64,000 nt of DNA from positions 118,112,001 through 118,176,000 of the forward strand of contig NC_058368.1 in the NCBI RefSeq assembly GCF_018350175.1, in the 5' to 3' direction. Positions 62,746-64,000 of this stretch are shown piece by piece. How positions within the stretch are numbered: the stretch's first letter is position 1; every line of letters begins with the position of its first letter. A program made the position numbers and the translations under genes. Under the pieces are notes generated by a model. It saw only the letters and a list, made by a program, of their open reading frames with translations, had not been told where the DNA came from and did no database searches. The stretch is from Felis catus (lineage: Eukaryota).

Positions 62746-63324
62746 CTTTTTAAACTCAGGTTCCAATCAGGAACCACAGTTTGACATTCACCTTATTTCC
62801 TGTTCACTTACTACTTTTGTTATTTGGGCTTGTGTTTAGAGAAAGCAAGGCGTCTGACTTGTCAAGAGACAAATGAGAAGCAGGTGAGCAATCTGCTTCA
62901 GTACAATACGGTGTCTTGTTTAACGCACGGTGTGAGCAATGGTTGCACTTCACTGCTGAAGAGATGCAAATGGTTTTTTTCTGTTTTAAGGTATGAGCAT
63001 ATTGCACTCCGAAGAAATAAAATAGCTAGCTCAAGAGCTTTGGGGAGAAAGGATCTGGGATGCAACTAAAAATATAAAGGCCATGCTTCTAGGTTCCAGG
63101 CTCCAGAGAAGCTATTGGGCCGCAAAGACAAAAGGGACTTTGAATATCATTGGAAATGGAAAGATACCTTATGTAAGGGCTGGGAGAAAGTCCAAATTTA
63201 GGGCTTATTCAATATCCTGTGATCTCTAACCACCTATCCCTACGTTTAACACTTCCCCTCTTTTCTCAGAATCTGTTAAAAACAACCTTAGAATATGCAT
63301 CAGTGGTAGGGTGGTGATGTAGGT

Positions 63325-63356
63325 TTCTTTCTTTTCTTTCTTCCTTCCTTCCTTTT

Positions 63357-63424
<68 letters not shown>

Positions 63425-63483
63425 TCCTTCCTTCCTTCCTTCCTTCCTTCCTTCCTTCCTTCCTTCTCTTTCTTTCTCTTTTC

Positions 63484-63514
<31 letters not shown>

Positions 63515-63567
63515 CTTTTCTTTTCTTTTCTTTTCTTTCTTTTCTTTCTTTTCTTTTCTTTTCTTCT
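63325..63567. repeat. Compound (CTTT)n(CCTT)n(CTTTT)n polypyrimidine microsatellite
   Basis: About 240 nt of pure C/T. Confidence 0.97.
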
Positions 63568-64000
63568 TAACATCATCTCCAAGTAAGCTGCTTGGATTAA
63601 TGCTGAGAATAAAAGGAGAAGCTTTGCTCTGTTCTGCTGATGCATTCATGCTCCCGGAACTCCTACCTGTTGTCTATCTAATTTAGAAGAGTGCCTTTTA
63701 TCAAAGGAGGATGTGGTGAGTTGGAGCATTTTCCCTGAGCTGGTGAAAGGGCCACTCAGAAACCCAAACCCCAGCCTCACGTCAGGGGACAGGCCCTGCC
63801 TGGCGGTCTGGCGAAGCTGTCTTGGAAGTAGGTAGCACCCTCTCCTGGGCTAAATCCAAATGTTTTCTGTTTGTCCTGAAGTCATCTAGGATAATAACCG
63901 ACATTTACCTTTCTCTGGCCAGCTCTGCCCCATCACTGCCCCCTCCTGGCTCCTTCTGTTTTTTAAAATTTATTTATTTAAATGCTATACTGAACTCTTT

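Noticed and set aside
63226..63649. Lys/Arg/Glu-rich ORFs
   Set aside because: Translation of the (GAAA)n/(GGAA)n strand of a microsatellite.

Overview
This is mammalian, almost certainly felid, genomic DNA: it carries about 35 tRNA-Lys-derived CanSINEs, several of the felid SINEC_Fc type. It is repeat-dominated and I can recognise no intact protein-coding gene; nearly all ORFs in the track are SINE, L1, LTR or microsatellite artefacts. The one clear gene-derived element is an intronless, disabled FBXO27 processed pseudogene on the minus strand (CDS-like part 2122-2906, probable 3'UTR down to about 225). It has a clean internal gap that may record an alternative 3' splice site of the parent mRNA. 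Other notable items are a Mutator/MULE (Ricksha-like) DNA transposon fossil with a readable transposase remnant (about 18275-19785), a TATA/Kozak/donor candidate first exon on the minus strand (about 34498-34643), and an RFX/CRE/DR0 motif cluster (28.2-28.9 kb). The window also has nested SINE stacks, old L1/L2/MIR/MaLR/hAT/Tigger elements and long compound microsatellites. Repeat family names and comparisons to human FBXO27 come from remembered consensus sequences, not searches, and boundaries are approximate. I did not find convincing evidence of a wholly new biological system.
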